Assembly: GCF_004010195.1 (NCBI RefSeq) | Contig: NC_057750.1 | Span: 2,494,018 to 2,545,841 of the forward strand | Reading direction: 5' to 3' | Length of the DNA: 51,824 nucleotides | Source of the DNA: Chiloscyllium plagiosum | Taxonomy: Eukaryota | In this document: piece by piece, positions 1 through 13,179 of the stretch | How positions within the stretch are numbered: position 1 is the first letter of the stretch | How the letters are laid out: each line of letters starts with the position of its first letter | Notes under the pieces: model-generated | Database searches by the model: none | The model's input: the letters and a program-made list of their open reading frames with translations, nothing else | Told to the model about the DNA's origin: nothing | Translations under genes and position numbers: made by a program

Positions 1-275
1 CCTGTTACTGTCTCTCTCCCTTCTCACTCTCACACCCTCCTGTCCCTGTCTCTCTCCTCACTCACTCTCACACCCTCCTGTCCCTGTCTCTCTCCTCTCA
101 CTCTCACTCTCACACGCTTCTTTCCCGGTCTCTCTCCTCTCTCACTCTCATACACTCCTGTCCCTGTCTCTCTCCTCTCTCACTCTCACACTCTCCTGTC
201 CCTGTCCCTCTCCTCTCTCACTCTCACACTCTCCTGTCCCTGTCCCTCTCCTCTGTCACTCTCACACCGTCCTGC
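1..275. repeat. CT-rich minisatellite, unit ~35-37 bp (cctgtccctgtctctctcctctctcactctcacact)
   Basis: About 7 directly visible tandem copies. Confidence 0.9.
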
Positions 276-733
276 CCTGACACTGAAGACCATCTTCAAA
301 CAGTAAATGCTTCAGGCCTTGAACTTTGCAACTGAAGCTGGCTTCTAGCACTCACATACGGAAAACAAATGTGTCTCCTGATGATGGTCCTCACTTCACC
401 TTGGAGAAAGATAAATTCGGTTCTGTGTAATTGTTGTGGTTTTATTCGCCCAGCTGGGAACTTGTATTGCATCTGTGTCACTGTGGCCAACTCACTTATG
501 CACCATCATGGAATCATAAAATAGCATTGTCTGTGAGTCTATTCATCCCATCTGGTTTTACTAGCTTTTCTGAGGAGCTGTCCAGTTAGTCTCACTTCTC
601 CACTCTTTTCCCCAACTCTGTAATATATTCCTGAAAGAAGAATGAAGAACTTTATAACACAGGTACAGGCCTTTCGCTCGGTCAAGTCTGCACTGACACA
701 TAATGTCTTTCTCTATTGAAAACTGTTTGCCCC

Positions 734-1635
734 TGTTATGGACTAGGCCAGACCACTCAAAATGTTCTTAAGCAGGCAGCCCAGACCACAACTTTGCAAT
801 CTGTTTCGGTAAGTGTACAGGGAAAATTACCCGGAGTAAGTTTGCGAGGTTGACTATCAGGTTTTAAAACAGACAAAAATTCATTCACAAAATTATTCAA
901 TGAAACACAAAGAACAGAATAATGAATCCTTACAGATCTCAGTCCATCCAAACTGGAATTAACTATGCTATTCCAAATATACACAACAAGGCATTCCAAC
1001 CGGAACTCTATCAACAAACACATTGACCTGGATCCCATTTACCACCCCCTGAGAAAAAGAACAGGAAATGACATCACCAACCCAAATAGAAAGCAGGAAT
1101 CATCAGCAGTGCTTCATCTGGAGGCTCACTGAAGATGTTATGGGTGCCGAAACATCTGAAAATGAACCTTCCAGCTCAGCGAGCAAACCTACATCCAGAA
1201 CCTCAACCTGAGCTACAAATCTTCTCAAAACTTGATATACACAACAGTCCCAATAAGCAAACCCCCTTAAAAACACAGTAAAAATGGAACAAATGCTTCA
1301 GGTTGAAGTTAGAAGGGCAGAAGGAGAGAGAGTTTTTGCAGCCTGTTCACACAGTCCACTGTTGAACTTCTAACCAGTTCTGGACTGAACTACTCAGCTA
1401 GACAGCTGACCACACCCTATCATTCTACAGGTCACTTCTAAAGCATGACTACTTTGGCCTGAAGTTTCATCTATTTACATATAAACAAAAGGCCTCTCAA
1501 AATCCTTTCTCATCTCTGCACCAAACTGACTACCTTAGAGCCGGGAGAGTTTTATGACCCCTCTGAAAACAATCAAGGACACAGTATCCTTGAGAAAAAT
1601 AACAGGTTTTAGAAAAATGGACAAGCTTTGTGTCA
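734..1635. mobile_element. Solo-LTR-like element interrupted by a Penelope fragment
   Basis: Starts TGTTATGGAC and ends TGTCA, flanked by CCCC (730-733 / 1636-1639). Similar in order and sequence to 24569-25418. Confidence 0.6.
989..1234 (+). mobile_element. Penelope-like element 3' fragment (family C) with 12-bp TSD
   Basis: Homologous to ~8075-8314 (GIY-YIG tail ..WHSN..INKHIDLDPIY plus degenerate hammerhead). TSD atatacacaaca at 977-988 and 1235-1246. Confidence 0.8.
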
Positions 1636-1674
1636 CCCCATGTGTTCTAAATCCCTCTGTTCCCGGTCTATTCA

Positions 1675-1988
1675 ATTAGATTCCCTGCAGTGTGGAAACA
1701 GGCCCTTCTGCCCAACATGTCCACACCGACCCTCCGAAGGGTAACCCATCCAAACCCATTTCCCACTGACCAATGCACCTAACACTATGGGCAATTTAGC
1801 GTGGCTAATCCACCCTGACCTGCACATCTTTGGACTGTGGGAGGAAACCAGAGTTCCCGGAGGAAACCCACACAGACACGGGGAGAACGTGCAAATTCCA
1901 GACAATCAGTCACCCGAGGCTGGAATTGAACCTGGGACCCTGGTGCTGTGAGGCAGCAGTGCTAACCACTGAGCCACGATGCCACCCC
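1675..1988 (-). mobile_element. HE1/V-SINE-type tRNA-derived SINE
   Basis: Reverse complement gives a tRNA-like head, the V-domain core (gtttgcacgttctccccgtgtctgtgtgggtttcctcc) and a CR1-like tail ggcctgtttccacactg...ctaat. Confidence 0.85.
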
Positions 1989-2164
1989 AGTTATCCATGT
2001 ATCTATAAGAATACTTCTTCATGCTGCTATTATATCTGCTTCCACCACCTTCTCTGGCAATGTGTTCCAGGCTGTCACCACCCTCTGTGTAAAATACTTG
2101 ACTCGCACATCTCTTTTAAACTTCCCTCCTTTTAGCTTAAACCACTATCCCTGAGTTAAACATT

Positions 2165-2335
2165 GCACATCACCAGGTTATCATCCAGCAGGTTATTTGG
2201 AAGCACAAGCGTTCGGAGTGCTGCTCCTTCATCAGGTAGCTAGTACGGCAACATTATAGGACACAGAATTTATAGTAAGAGATCAAAGTGTCATACAACT
2301 GATGCAATGTATTGAACAAACCTAAATTGCTATTA
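2165..2335 (-). mobile_element. Penelope-like terminal fragment (family B variant)
   Basis: caccaggttat...ttcggagtgctgctccttcatcagg matches family B hammerhead-bearing ends. Confidence 0.65.
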
Positions 2336-2339
2336 AATT

Positions 2340-2800
2340 ATTTGGTATGCTTTCCTTTATTAGTCAGAGCATTGAGTGAAGGAATTGGGAGGTCATGCTG
2401 CGGCTGTACGGGACATTGATTAGGCCACTTTTGGAATATTGTGTGTGCAATTCTGGTCTCCCTGCTGTCGGAAGGATGTTCTGAAACTTGAAAGAGCTCA
2501 GAAAAGATTTACAAGGATATTGCCAGGGTTGGAGGATTTGAGCTATAGGGAGAGTTTTAACAGGCTGGGGCTGTTTTCCCTGGAATAGACAAAGTCTTTT
2601 CCCTGGGGTCGGGGAGTCCAGAACTAGAGGGCATAGGTTTCGGGTGAGACAGGAGAGATATAAAAGAGACCTAAGGGGCAACTTTTTCACACAGAGGGTG
2701 GTGCGTGTGTGGAATGAGCTGCCAGAGGAAGTGGTGGAGGCTGGTACAATTGCAACGTTTAAAAGGCATCTGGATGGGGACATGAATAGGAAGGGTTTAG
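2340..2800 (+). mobile_element. CR1 LINE 3' fragment (RT C-terminus)
   Basis: Decayed LYxTLxRPxLEY / FFTQRVVRVWNELP coding sequence typical of the end of CR1 ORF2. Confidence 0.85.
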
Positions 2801-3452
2801 TGGTTGACCCTTAACTGCTCTCAGGGCAATTAGGGATGGGTAATAAATGCTGGCCCAGGCAGACACACTTTCACCTCATGAATGAATAAAGGGGAAACAG
2901 GAACCTGATTATTGTGCACTGTGCTGGTCTCCCTATTCAAGGAAGGATGTAATTACACTGGAAACATCTCACAGAAAATATGGATTGCCTTCTGAGGGAG
3001 CGTTCAACTGGTTGGGCTTGTATCTACGAGACTTCAGATAAAACGAGGGGTGACTTGATTGAAACATGAACAATCCTCTCGGGTCTTGACCAGGGGAATG
3101 TGGGGAAGCTGTTTCCCCTTGTGGGAGAATCCCCATTAACAGCAAGAAAACAGTTCTCCCTGAGGGCTGTGGGACTTTGGAATTCTGTCCCAGAACAGGC
3201 AATGGAAGCAGAGAACTTGAATATTCCTAACGCAGAAGCAGAATGATTCTTGATAAATGAGAGGGTTATGGAGTGATATCAAGGGCAAGATGGTCTAGCC
3301 TGTGAAATACACTTCACAGATGCTTTGACAAGTTTATTACTCATAAAACACATCCCGTATGAGGGAAACAAAGAATTGCGGTCCACACTAAGCTTAATCG
3401 ATGACAATTGCAAGTTGAAAAAAGACAACCTTCTTAAAAATTCAGTTAACTC

Positions 3453-3548
3453 TCCCTGATGAAGGGCTCTTGCCCGAAATGTTGACTCTCCTGCTCCTCG
3501 GATGCTGCCTGACCTGCTGTGCTTTTCCAACGCCACACTCTCGACTCT
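3453..3548 (+). mobile_element. Penelope-like terminal fragment (family A) with hammerhead motif
   Basis: CTGATGA-A-GGGC-TCTT-GCCC-GAAA starting at 3456, followed by the family A tail. Confidence 0.75.
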
Positions 3549-4009
3549 TCCTGAACTCGACGCACTGCCTGAAAACCCCACTGAGTACGCGGTTGGCTCC
3601 GGTGAACGTGACTGAGCTGCTGTTGCTTCCACACAGTTTGAGCTGAGAAGGTGAGATCATGCACAGGGACAAAACTACAGTCTCCACAACGACAAACAGC
3701 CCTCGAAAATGAAGCAAATTGGCAAGCCTTGCCCAGAGCCTGAAGTTATGAAATACCTTCCCCTCTGCGTTGTGCAGGTGACACATATTAGATTGGTTCC
3801 ATCTCAATCCTAGATTCTCTGGATCTATTTGATTTTTCACTATACCCAGAATCTCTCACACAACTAATCTAATTTGCCACCACCAAAATCACCATGAGCT
3901 TTTCTGTTTTACTTTCCATTTTTATTTTGTTTTAAACTACTAACTACCAGCAGTAAAACAACCGTGTCGCCTATTGGGCATACACAGGCAAAGCCCATAA
4001 TGGGCAGTG

Positions 4010-4310
4010 GGCCTGCTTTCCTAGAGCCTGAGGGCACAGCCTTGGAGTAAAGGAAAGACCCTTTAGAATGGAAATAAGGAGACACTGCTTTCGCCAGACA
4101 GCAGTGAATCTCCGGAATTCACTGCCTGTGGAGGCCAGGTCATGAAGTATATTTAAGGTGGAAGTAGAAAGGCTCTTGATTGTCAAAGGGGTCAAGGGTT
4201 ACGGGGAGAAAGCAGGAGAGTGGGGTTGAGAAACTTATCAGCCTTGGGTGAATGGGTGGAACAGACCTGATGGGCCAAATGGCCTAATTCCTGCTGTTAT
4301 GTTTTATGGT
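4010..4310 (+). mobile_element. CR1 LINE 3' tail
   Basis: tttcctagag...gtgaatctccggaattcactgcc...ggcctaattcctgc...tatggtctt 3' end. Confidence 0.7.
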
Positions 4311-5271
4311 CTTGCAAAGAGCTCGGGTGATGAGTTCCAGCCTGACAGGCCTTTGGTCGTTACCAAGGGAACTCATACTTAACAAGCTCCTTCAGGAACT
4401 TCATTAGTGACTCCCCCTGGGTTTTGTAGGGCAGATCAGACTGTTCTTGTCCGAATTGTTGTGATATCAGCTGCAGCTAATTTGCTTCATTGTTTTTGTC
4501 TGCTGTTGATGTTCTTGGATTTATAACCAATCAGGTCATTTCCACTTGAATCGGAGATTTGTCCTGAAGTCTGGTTCCAATTTGCTGGAGCAGATCCACA
4601 ATAATTAAACAAATACATTTGCAGCTGATGTGCTCACTGTCCAGCTTTCGGGTCTGTTTGAAATCCCAGCAGTTTTCCCCATGTCACTCACTCCCTATGC
4701 ACTCTAATCAATCTAGTGCACTGTATTCTCTGCTCACAATGTGTTCTCCTCTCTATGCTGGGGATCAAACACATTGCGTGACTGCTTCACAAAACACTTA
4801 TGTCCTGTTGACAAAAAAGACTCTGAGCGTCCAGTGTCCAACAGTGCTTCAACACCCCACCCAGTTCCCTGGCTGACATCTGTATGGCTTGCTGCAGTCT
4901 TGGGGTGAAGCTAGAAGAACAGCATCTCATTTTCTGATGAAGTCCAGGCAGCTGTAGGGTCTGCAATTATTCCAAGGCCTGAACACCTCCTTTCAAGTCC
5001 TTGACTAACCCCCACAGCCCAGGCTCTGTCACCACACAGACCGCTTGGAAAACCCTTTCTCCCCCATTCATGGTCCCCGTGAGAATTGTTTCCTTCTCCA
5101 TGACTTGCCATCATCCATCCATTTGTCTGCCAATCTGTCTGTCTCTCCCTCTCTCTCTCTGTCTCTCTCTTTCTCTTTGGGCTCTGTCTCTGCCTATGTG
5201 CTCACTACTTTACCCCCCAGCCCTCTCTCCCCATCTTCAGCATCAATACCATCTTTTCCCAGTTACGATCA

Positions 5272-5625
5272 ATGGTAGCTCAGTGATCAGTGCAACTGCC
5301 TCACAGCGTCAGGGACCCGGGCTTGATTCCAGCCTTGGGTGGCTGTCTGTGTGGAGTTTGTACATTCTCCCAGTGTCTGCGTGGGTTTCCTCAGAATGCT
5401 CCGATTTCATCCCACAATCCAAAGATGTGCAGGTTCGGGTGGATTGGCCATGGGAAATTATCCTGCAGTGTCCAGGGACGTGCGGGTTAGGTGTATTAGT
5501 CAGGGGTAAATTTAGGGTAGGGGGAATGGGTCTGGGTGGGGGTTACTCTTCGCAAGGGTTGGTATGGACTCGTTGGGCTGAAGGGCCTGTTTCCACACTG
5601 TGGTGATTCCATGATCTATGACTCT
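5272..5625 (+). mobile_element. HE1/V-SINE-type SINE
   Basis: Full head-core-tail match to the other copies in the window. Confidence 0.85.
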
Positions 5626-6977
5626 GAAGGTGGCCAGGATGGGGAGATGCTGGTGTCGGACTGGGGTAGTCAGGGTCAGAAGCACATGCCATCAGGTTAT
5701 AGTCCAACAGGCTGGTTTGAAATCACGAGCTTTCGGAGCGCTGCCCCTTCATCAGGTGAAGGGGGTGCGGTGTCTGACCTTCGCACTGGATGTGAAGCGT
5801 GACCTCTGCTTTCTCTCTGCACGGTTGCTGCCAGACCCCAGCTGTGACTCTCCAGCAATTTCTGTTTCCATCCTGTTGTCAACGGTCCTTGTTGCCCCGG
5901 GTTACTGGTAAATGTTGTATCGTGTTTCTGTTATTTTGTGCAACGTGCCTTGGCCAAGTTGGATGTTTGTGATTTGTTTGCCAAAGGAAGGGCTGTGTCT
6001 CTGCCTTGATCTGACTCACTCCATTTGTTATAGCAGCTGACAGGGAGAAACCCCTGAGGCAGCTTCATTGGCTGGGACCCTCCAGCGCTGAAGGTCAACC
6101 TTTACAAACCCTGGGCTCGAGTAGCTCCTAGACACTGGAAACGAGGGTTCGATTTCTAGCTTTCCCTGAGCCCTTCTCTTTGCCACTTGAATTTGGAGAG
6201 GGTCAGAGAAAGGCCATTGCGTCAACCCTCCCGCAGCATCCCTTCAGCTAATGGCTCCTCATGCTGCTTTTCCGATGAGCTCAGGACGGGGTCATGGAAC
6301 CTCCAGGAATCGATGTAACGGAGTCAGCAAGCCTTCACTCCCACCCCCATACCAACAAATGTTCTCTCCAACAGTCTCCTCCCCATCCTTGGGGGGTGTT
6401 GTAGAACAGAGAGACGTACGGGTCCAGGTATATAATCCTTTGATGTTTGTATCACAGGTCGACAGGATGGATCAGAAGGCGTTTAGCTCACTTGCCTTCA
6501 TTGCTCAGACCTTTGAGTATAGGAGTTGGGACGTCATGTTGAGGTTGTAAAGGGCATTGGTGAGTCCTGTTTGGAGTACTGTCTACAATTCTGGTCACCC
6601 TGTTACAGGAGTGGTATTATTAAATAGGAAAAGGTTCAGAAAAGATTTACCAGGATGTTGCCAGGAATGGAGGGTTTGAGTGATGAAAATTGGCTGGGGT
6701 TGTTTTCCCTGGAGCGTAAGAGGCTGAGGGGTGACCTTATTGAGGTTTATAAAACCATGAGGGGCATGGATAGGGTAAATAGACAAGGTCTTTTCTCAGG
6801 GGTGGGGGAGTTCAAAACAAGGGGACATAGTTTTAAGGTGAGAGGAAAAAGATTTAAAAAGGATATGAAGGGCAACATTTTTACACAGAGTGGTTCGTGT
6901 GTGGAATAAAGTTTCAGAGGAAGTGGTGGATGTGGGGACAGTTACAATGTTTAAACGACATTTGGGTAAGTTCATGA

Positions 6978-7229
6978 TTAGGAGAAAGTGAGGACTGCAG
7001 ATGCTGGAGATCAGAGCTGAAAATGTGTTGCTGGAAAAGCGCAGCAGGTCAGGCAGCATCCAAGGAGCAGGAGAATCAACGTTTCGGGCATGAGCCCTTC
7101 ATCAGGAATGAGGAAAGTCCTCATTGGCTTTCCTCATTCCTGAAGAAGGGCTCATGCCCGAAACGTCGATTCTCCTGCTCCTTGGATGCTGCCTGACCTG
7201 CTGCGCTTTTCCAGCAACACATTTTCAGC
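6978..7229. mobile_element. Penelope family A head-to-head inverted pair with TSD
   Basis: Near-perfect inverted repeat (~7015-7115 vs ~7128-7229) with hammerhead cores on both strands. TSD taagttcatga at 6967-6977 and 7230-7240. Confidence 0.85.
7136..7172 (+). ncRNA. Minimal type-I hammerhead ribozyme motif (family A)
   Basis: CUGAAGA-A-[GGGC UCAU GCCC]-GAA-[ACGU palindromic stem III]-C, giving a GUC cleavage triplet. Stem I is weak. Activity is not shown. Confidence 0.6.
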
Positions 7230-7858
7230 TAAGTTCATGAATAGGAAATGTTTGGAGGGATATGGGCCAGGAGCAGGCAGGTGGGACTAGTTTAGTTTGG
7301 GATTATGGTTGGCATGGACCAGCTGGGCCAAAGGGTCTACTTCTGTGCTGGATGACTCTATTACTCTCTGGCTTTATGACATAGATAGGTTAAATGAGTG
7401 GGCCAAGGTCTTGCAATTGGAGTATAATGTTAAAAAACAGGTCTTGTTGACAATAGGAAGAAGTAAAGTGGTAAATTAGGAACAGGAGCAGGCTGTTCAG
7501 CCCATCAAGTCTGCTCCACCATTTAATGCAACTGTGTCTGATCGAGCAGTTCAATGCCTTTAACCCACATCATCCTCATTAGCCTTCATGCCATTGATAA
7601 CCAGAAATCTAACCTCTACCTTAAACAGTCTCCAAACCTGAGATTCCACAGCTCTTTGCTGAAGAGAATTCAAAAATGTTCACAGTCTTCAGAGTGAACA
7701 CATTTCTCCTCACTTTGGTCTTAAAATGTGCTTGATTCCTAAATGCCCTCTGGGATGCCAGCCTAGCCAGTTACACCCTCATCCTGTGAATAAATGAAAA
7801 GAAAAAGGTATCCCTTGTTTATTCCTAAATTCTGTCCCCAGTTCTAGAATCACCCACT

Positions 7859-8314
7859 ACCAGCAAAACAAACGTCATTTACAAGATAACATTGCATCGG
7901 ACAAACTATCAGGAAACTTGCCACCAGGATACATAAACACCAACTGGCTACTAAAAGACATGACCCACTATCACTAGTTTCTTTACATACAGACAAAGAA
8001 GGACACCACTTTGACTGGGACAACACATACATCCTAGGACAGGCGAAACAAAGACACGCATGAGAATTCTTCGAGGCATGGCATTCTAACCAGAACTTCA
8101 TCAATAAACATATCGATTTAGATCCCATCTACTTTCCCTTAAGAAACCAAGACGTATAAGTAGAGAGGAGGGTCATACCACCAGCCCTTCACCAGGGATT
8201 CTTCCTGATGATGTTACCTAGTATGGTGACGAAATGTCTGAAAACAAACCTTCCAGCTCAGCGAGCTAACTTACAGACTCATCATCAACCTGAACTATAA
8301 ATCTCAAAAATTGC
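7859..8314 (+). mobile_element. Penelope-like retroelement 3' part (GIY-YIG endonuclease remnant + hammerhead), family C
   Basis: Translates NVIYKI / HCIGQTIRKLATRIHKHQLATKRHDPLSLVSLHTDKEGHHFDWDNTYILGQAKQRHA*EFFEAWHSNQNFINKHIDLDPIY. TSD tcacccact at 7850-7858 and 8315-8323. Confidence 0.85.
8202..8241 (+). ncRNA. Minimal hammerhead ribozyme motif (family C)
   Basis: CUGAUGA-U-[GUUACC UAGUAU GGUGAC]-GAAA-UG-UC-UGA, downstream of the GIY-YIG remnant. Confidence 0.6.
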
Positions 8315-9174
8315 TCACCCACTGCTTATCCCTTTAAGCATTTTGTAATTTTCAATGAGATCTCCTCTCATTCTTTGAAACTTGTGAGAATACTGGCTCA
8401 GTTTGTTCAATCTGTCATCATCGAACAGTCCCACCCTCCCAGGAACAAGTCTGAGGAACTTTACCAAAACTGCACACTGTGCTCCAGATGTGGTCTAACC
8501 AAGCTCCTACTGAATAGAGACACATTTCCAACACTACTGCACTCAAACCCTCTCACAAACTCCATTCACCCTCTTAATGGCTGACTGCCCCTGCAAGTCT
8601 GCCTTTTGACATGGACACCAAATCCCTTTGGATATCTACATTTTTCCTCGGTGATGGTGATGGCTTGCACGAGGGGACATAGCTTTAAATTATGGGGTGA
8701 TAGATATAGGACAGATGTCAGAGATAGTTTCTTTACTCAGAGAGTAATAGGGGTGTGGAATGTCCTGCCTGAAACAGTTGTAGACTCGCCAATGTTAAGG
8801 GCATTTAAATGGTCATTGGATAAACATATGGATGAAAATAGAATAGTGTAAGATAGATAGGCTTCAGATTGGCTCCACTGGCCTGTGCAACATCGAGGGC
8901 CGAAGGGCCTGTACTGCTCTGTAATGTTCGATGTTCTACGTTCTATTTTCCCACCTGTTACTATTTAGAAATACCCTGTTCCTCCTACAAAACTGGATAA
9001 CCTCACAGTTTTCCACACTATGTTCTATCTAACATGTTCTTGTCCAAATCTTCATTATATCATCCTCAACAACAATATGTTCTCAGTTACCTCTGTACCA
9101 TTTTCAAGTCGAGAAATACGACATTTGGTTCCCCATGTCCAAAGTATTCATGTAGGTTATGATTAGCTGAGGTG

Positions 9175-9510
9175 CAAGTGATGGCCTAGTGACATTATCA
9201 CTGTGCTGTTAATCCAGAGACCCAGCTAATATTCTGGAGGACCTGGGTTCGAATGCTACCATGGCAGATGGTGACATTTGAATTCAATAAAGATTTTATT
9301 ATGACCATGAATCCATTACCAATTGTTGGAAAAACTCATCTGGTTCATTAATGTCCTTCAGGGAAGGAAACTGCCATCCTTACCTGGTCTGACCTACACG
9401 TGACTCCAGGCCCACAGCAATGGGGTTGACTCTTAACTGCCCCCTGGGTAATTAGGGATGGGATAATAAATGCTGGGCCTAGCCAGCAACGCCTGCATTT
9501 GTAAATAATT
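9175..9510 (+). mobile_element. Second SINE family (tRNA-like head, core ggaaggaaactgccatccttacctggtctg..., tail attagggatggg..aataaatgctgg)
   Basis: B-box-like gggttcgaatgc. Related copies at ~21850-22190, 23960-24145 + 25420-25555 (split), 29625-29960 (-), 30130-30380, 31490-31680, 34765-34920 and 38640-38870. Confidence 0.7.
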
Positions 9511-9789
9511 TTTTAAACATCCTCCTGGTTACAGTCTGCTCCTGTGAGAATGCTTCATTTTGTTCCCACTCTGTTTTCTCTCTGTCAGCAAATCCATATT
9601 GAAACAACCTGTGTTTTCATTTGTCTAAAAACTCTCCAGTGGAGAACCTTATCAAAAGCCTTCTGAAAGTCCAATATGCCACATCCATTGTCTCTACATT
9701 ATCAATCTTATTAGCAACATCCTTAAAATAAACTGAACCAGTTTGTCAAACATGACTTTCCACTCACAAATTGACACTGGTTATGCCCA

Positions 9790-11430
9790 CAGTTCATTTT
9801 TACAGTCACTTTTGGCAATGATCGTTACACCCTCACTGTCCACTGGAGTAGTGCCAGATGATTGGAGGGTGGCAAATGTTATTCCCTTATTCAAGAAAGG
9901 GAATAGGGATAATCCTGGGAATTACAGACCGGTCAGTCTTACTCTGTGGTGGGCAAAGTATTGGAGAGGATTCTGAGAGACAGGATTTATGATTACTTGA
10001 AAAGGCATAGTCTGATTACAGATAGTCAGCATGGCTTTGTGAGGAGCATGTTATGCATCACAAACCTTACTGAGTTCTTTGAGGATGTGACAAAACACAT
10101 TGATGAAGTTCGAGCAGTGAATATGGTGTATATGGTTTTTAGCAGGGGGTTTGATAAGGTTCCCCATGGTAGGCTCATTCAGAAAGTAAGGAGGCACGGG
10201 ATACAGGGAAATCTGTCTGTCTGGATATAGAATTGGCTGGCCCAGAGAAGATAGGGTGGTCGTAGATGGGAAGTATTCAGCCTGGAGCTCAGTGACCAGT
10301 GGTGTCCCCAGGGATCGGTTCTGGGACCTCTGCTCTTTGTGATTTTTATAAATGACTTGGATGAGGATGTGAAAGGGTGGGTAAGTGAGTTTGCCGATGA
10401 CACGAAGGTTGGTGGAGTTGTGGATAGTGTGGAGGGCTGTTGCAGGTTGCAGTGGGACATTGACAGGATACAGAGCTCGGCTGAGAAATGGCAGATGGAG
10501 TTCAACCTGGAAAAGTGTGAAGTCGTTCACTTTGGAAGGTCGAATTTGAATGCGGAATACAGGGTTAAAGGCAGGATTCTTGGTAGTGTGGAGGAACAGA
10601 GGGATCTTGGGGTCCACATCCATAGATCCCTCAAAGTTGCCATCCAAATTGATAGGGCTGTTCAGAAGGTGTACGGTGTGTTGACTTTCATTAGCAGGGG
10701 GATTGAGTTTCAGAGCTGCAAGATTATGTTATAAGACCATAAGACATCGGAGCGGAAGTAAGGCCATTCGGCCCATCGAGTCCACTCTGCTATTCAATCA
10801 TGGCTGATGGGCATTTCAACTCCACTTACCCGCATTCTCCCCTAGCCCTTAACCCTCTCCAAGCCATGTATTGGAGAGACCCCTGGTTAGACCACATTTG
10901 GAATATTGTGTTCAGTTCTGGTTGCCTCATTAGAGGAAGGATGTGGAATCTTTAGAGAGGGTGCAGAGGAGATTTACCAAGATGCTGCCTGGACTGAAGG
11001 ACATGTCTGATGAAGAAAGGTTGAGGGTAATAGGGCTTTTCTCATTGGAGCGAAGAAGGTTGAGAGGTGACTTGATAAAGGTGTACAAGATGTTGACAAG
11101 GGTAGGTAGAGTGGATAGCCAGAGACTTTTTCCCAGGGCAGAAATGTCTATCATGAGGGGGGTATAATTTTAAGCTGGTTGGAGGATGGTTTCGGGGAGA
11201 TGAGAGAGGTAGGTTATTTACGCAGAGAGTGGTGGGTGCGTGGAATGCACTGTCAGCAGTGGGAGTAGAGTCAGAGACAGTAGGGACATTTAAGCGACCC
11301 TTGGATAGGCACATAAATGATAGTAAAATGAAGGGTATGTAGATTAGTCTGATCTTAGAGTAGGCTAAAAGGCCAGCACAACATCGAGGGCCGAAGGGCC
11401 TGTACTGTGCTGTGCTGTTCTATGTTCAAT
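9790..11430 (+). pseudogene. CR1 LINE ORF2 reverse transcriptase remnant to 3' end
   Basis: PDDWRVANVIPLFKKG..NYRPVSLT, SQHGF, FDKVPH, FINDL..FADDTK and LRGDLI motifs spread over frameshifted ORFs. A small antisense insertion sits at ~10731-10855. Confidence 0.9.
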
Positions 11431-11614
11431 ATTCTATTTTTAACTGTGTCCATAAAATGTCTAGAAGTGGCTTCCCAGTCTGAAAAGCAGAACAGAGTTT
11501 TGCAGACAGAAGGCACACGACACCAAGTTATAGTCCAACAGGTTTATTTGAAATCACAAGCTTTCGGAACACTGCTCCTTCAACGGGTGAAGTGAGAGAG
11601 AAGCACACAGATAC

Positions 11615-12470
11615 AAGACCTTGATCAGTTGGGGAAGTGGGCCGAGAAATGGCAAATGAGTTTAATACAGATAAGTGTGAGGTCTTGCATTTTGGAAAGT
11701 CAAATCAAGACAGGGGTTTCATGGTGAATGGTAGGGTGGTAGGGCCTTAAGGAGTGTAGTGGAACAGAGGAACTTTGGAGTTCAGGTGCACGGTTCTCTG
11801 AGAGTGGAGTCCCAGGTAGACAGGGCAGTGATGAAGGTTTTTGGTGCACTGGCCTTCATCAGTCAGGGCATTGAGTAAAGAAGTTGGGAAGTTATCTTGT
11901 AGTTATAGAGGACGTTGCTGAGGCTGCACTTGGAATATTGTGTTCAGTTTTGGTCACCTTGTTATGGGAAGGGTGTTATTAAACTGGAAAGAGTGCAGAA
12001 GAAATTTACAAGGACATTGTCAGGACTCAAAGGTCTGAGTTATAGTGAGAGATTGGACAAGAGAGAGATAGGACCTTTTTCTTTAGAGACTGAGGGGGGG
12101 CCTTATAGAGGTGTATAAGATCATAAGAGGCATGGATAGGGTGAATGCACTTTTTTTTCCCCCAGAGTTGAGAAATCGAGGACTACAGGGCATCAGTTGT
12201 AGGTTAGAGGGGAAAGAATAAAAGGGAACTTGAGGGGCAACGTTTTCACACATGAGGGTGGTACGCATATGGAATGAGCTGCCAGCGGAAATGTTTGGGT
12301 GGGTACATTAACAACATTTAAAAGGCATTTGAACAAATACATGGATAGGGAGGGTATAATAGGAAATGGGCCAAGTGCAGGGATATGGGGTCAATGTGGA
12401 TAGGGGTTTTGATCGGCATGGACCGGTTTGTGCCAAAGGGCCTGTCTCTGTGCTGTAGGGCTCTGTTTGA
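11615..12470 (+). mobile_element. CR1 LINE 3' fragment
   Basis: [22 protein letters not shown] and 3' tail. Confidence 0.85.
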
Positions 12471-13179
12471 AAGTGGAAGTAGAAGGGATGAAGACGATTG
12501 TAAAATCAAATTGCACCAGTGTGTTTTTAAAGAGTAATAAAGTATAAATGCAAGGAATCGAAGCTAAACTTTCATAAATCACAGATTGGGTCTGAGCAGA
12601 AGGCCTTCAGGAAGTCTGCCTGGGCTTGGAGAGGTTCCAGAAGGGATTTGATTGGTGGAGAGACCAGTCATGTGGGGTCACAATTTTAATCTGATAGAGA
12701 CTTAAAAAGGATATGAGGGGCAATGTGGAATGAACTTCCTGAGGAAGTGATGGATGTGGGTCCAATTACAATGTTTAAAAGACATTTGGATAAGGACATA
12801 TGAATAGGAAAGGTTTGGCATGATATGGGCCTGGAACAGGCAGGTGGGTCTAGTTTAGTTTGGGATATTGTTGAACATGGACTGGTTCAAATGGAGAGTC
12901 TCTTTCTGTGCTGTATCACTCTGAGTCTATATCACATCCTTGATGAAAGATTCTAGCATTTTCCTGACTACTGATAGAAGGGTGATGACTGTCAGATGGA
13001 ATAGTGTCGGAGGGTCAGTGTTGAGGCAGTACATCATGTTACATTCCAAATTTCTCAGAAAAGTCCTCATGAGACTTGGCATCTGCTTCACAAACTGTTT
13101 TGTGAACTTTTCAATGTTATCAGCTCAAGCCCTTTGGTTTTTTCTGAGTGTAAGTAAGACTGTTAAGTGAAGCCAACTG

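Larger units (their letters stand above)
6390..7370 (+). mobile_element. CR1 LINE 3' fragment interrupted by a Penelope fold-back
   Basis: LGLFSLERKRLRGDLIEVYK (ORF 6655..6909); resumes after 7230. Confidence 0.85.

Noticed and set aside
290..500. CTGATGA at ~377 as a hammerhead; 64-aa ORF
   Set aside because: No paired stem II leading to GAAA in the required geometry, and the ORF is unrecognisable.
5001..5606. 201-aa ORF with hydrophobic stretch
   Set aside because: Made of a CT microsatellite plus a SINE; the same peptide words recur in other SINE-derived ORFs.
6978..7229. Palindromic repeats as CRISPR array or DNA-transposon MITE
   Set aside because: Eukaryotic context with no repeat-spacer periodicity. 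Variable junctions, variable TSD lengths and linkage to GIY-YIG remnants indicate Penelope-like retroelements.
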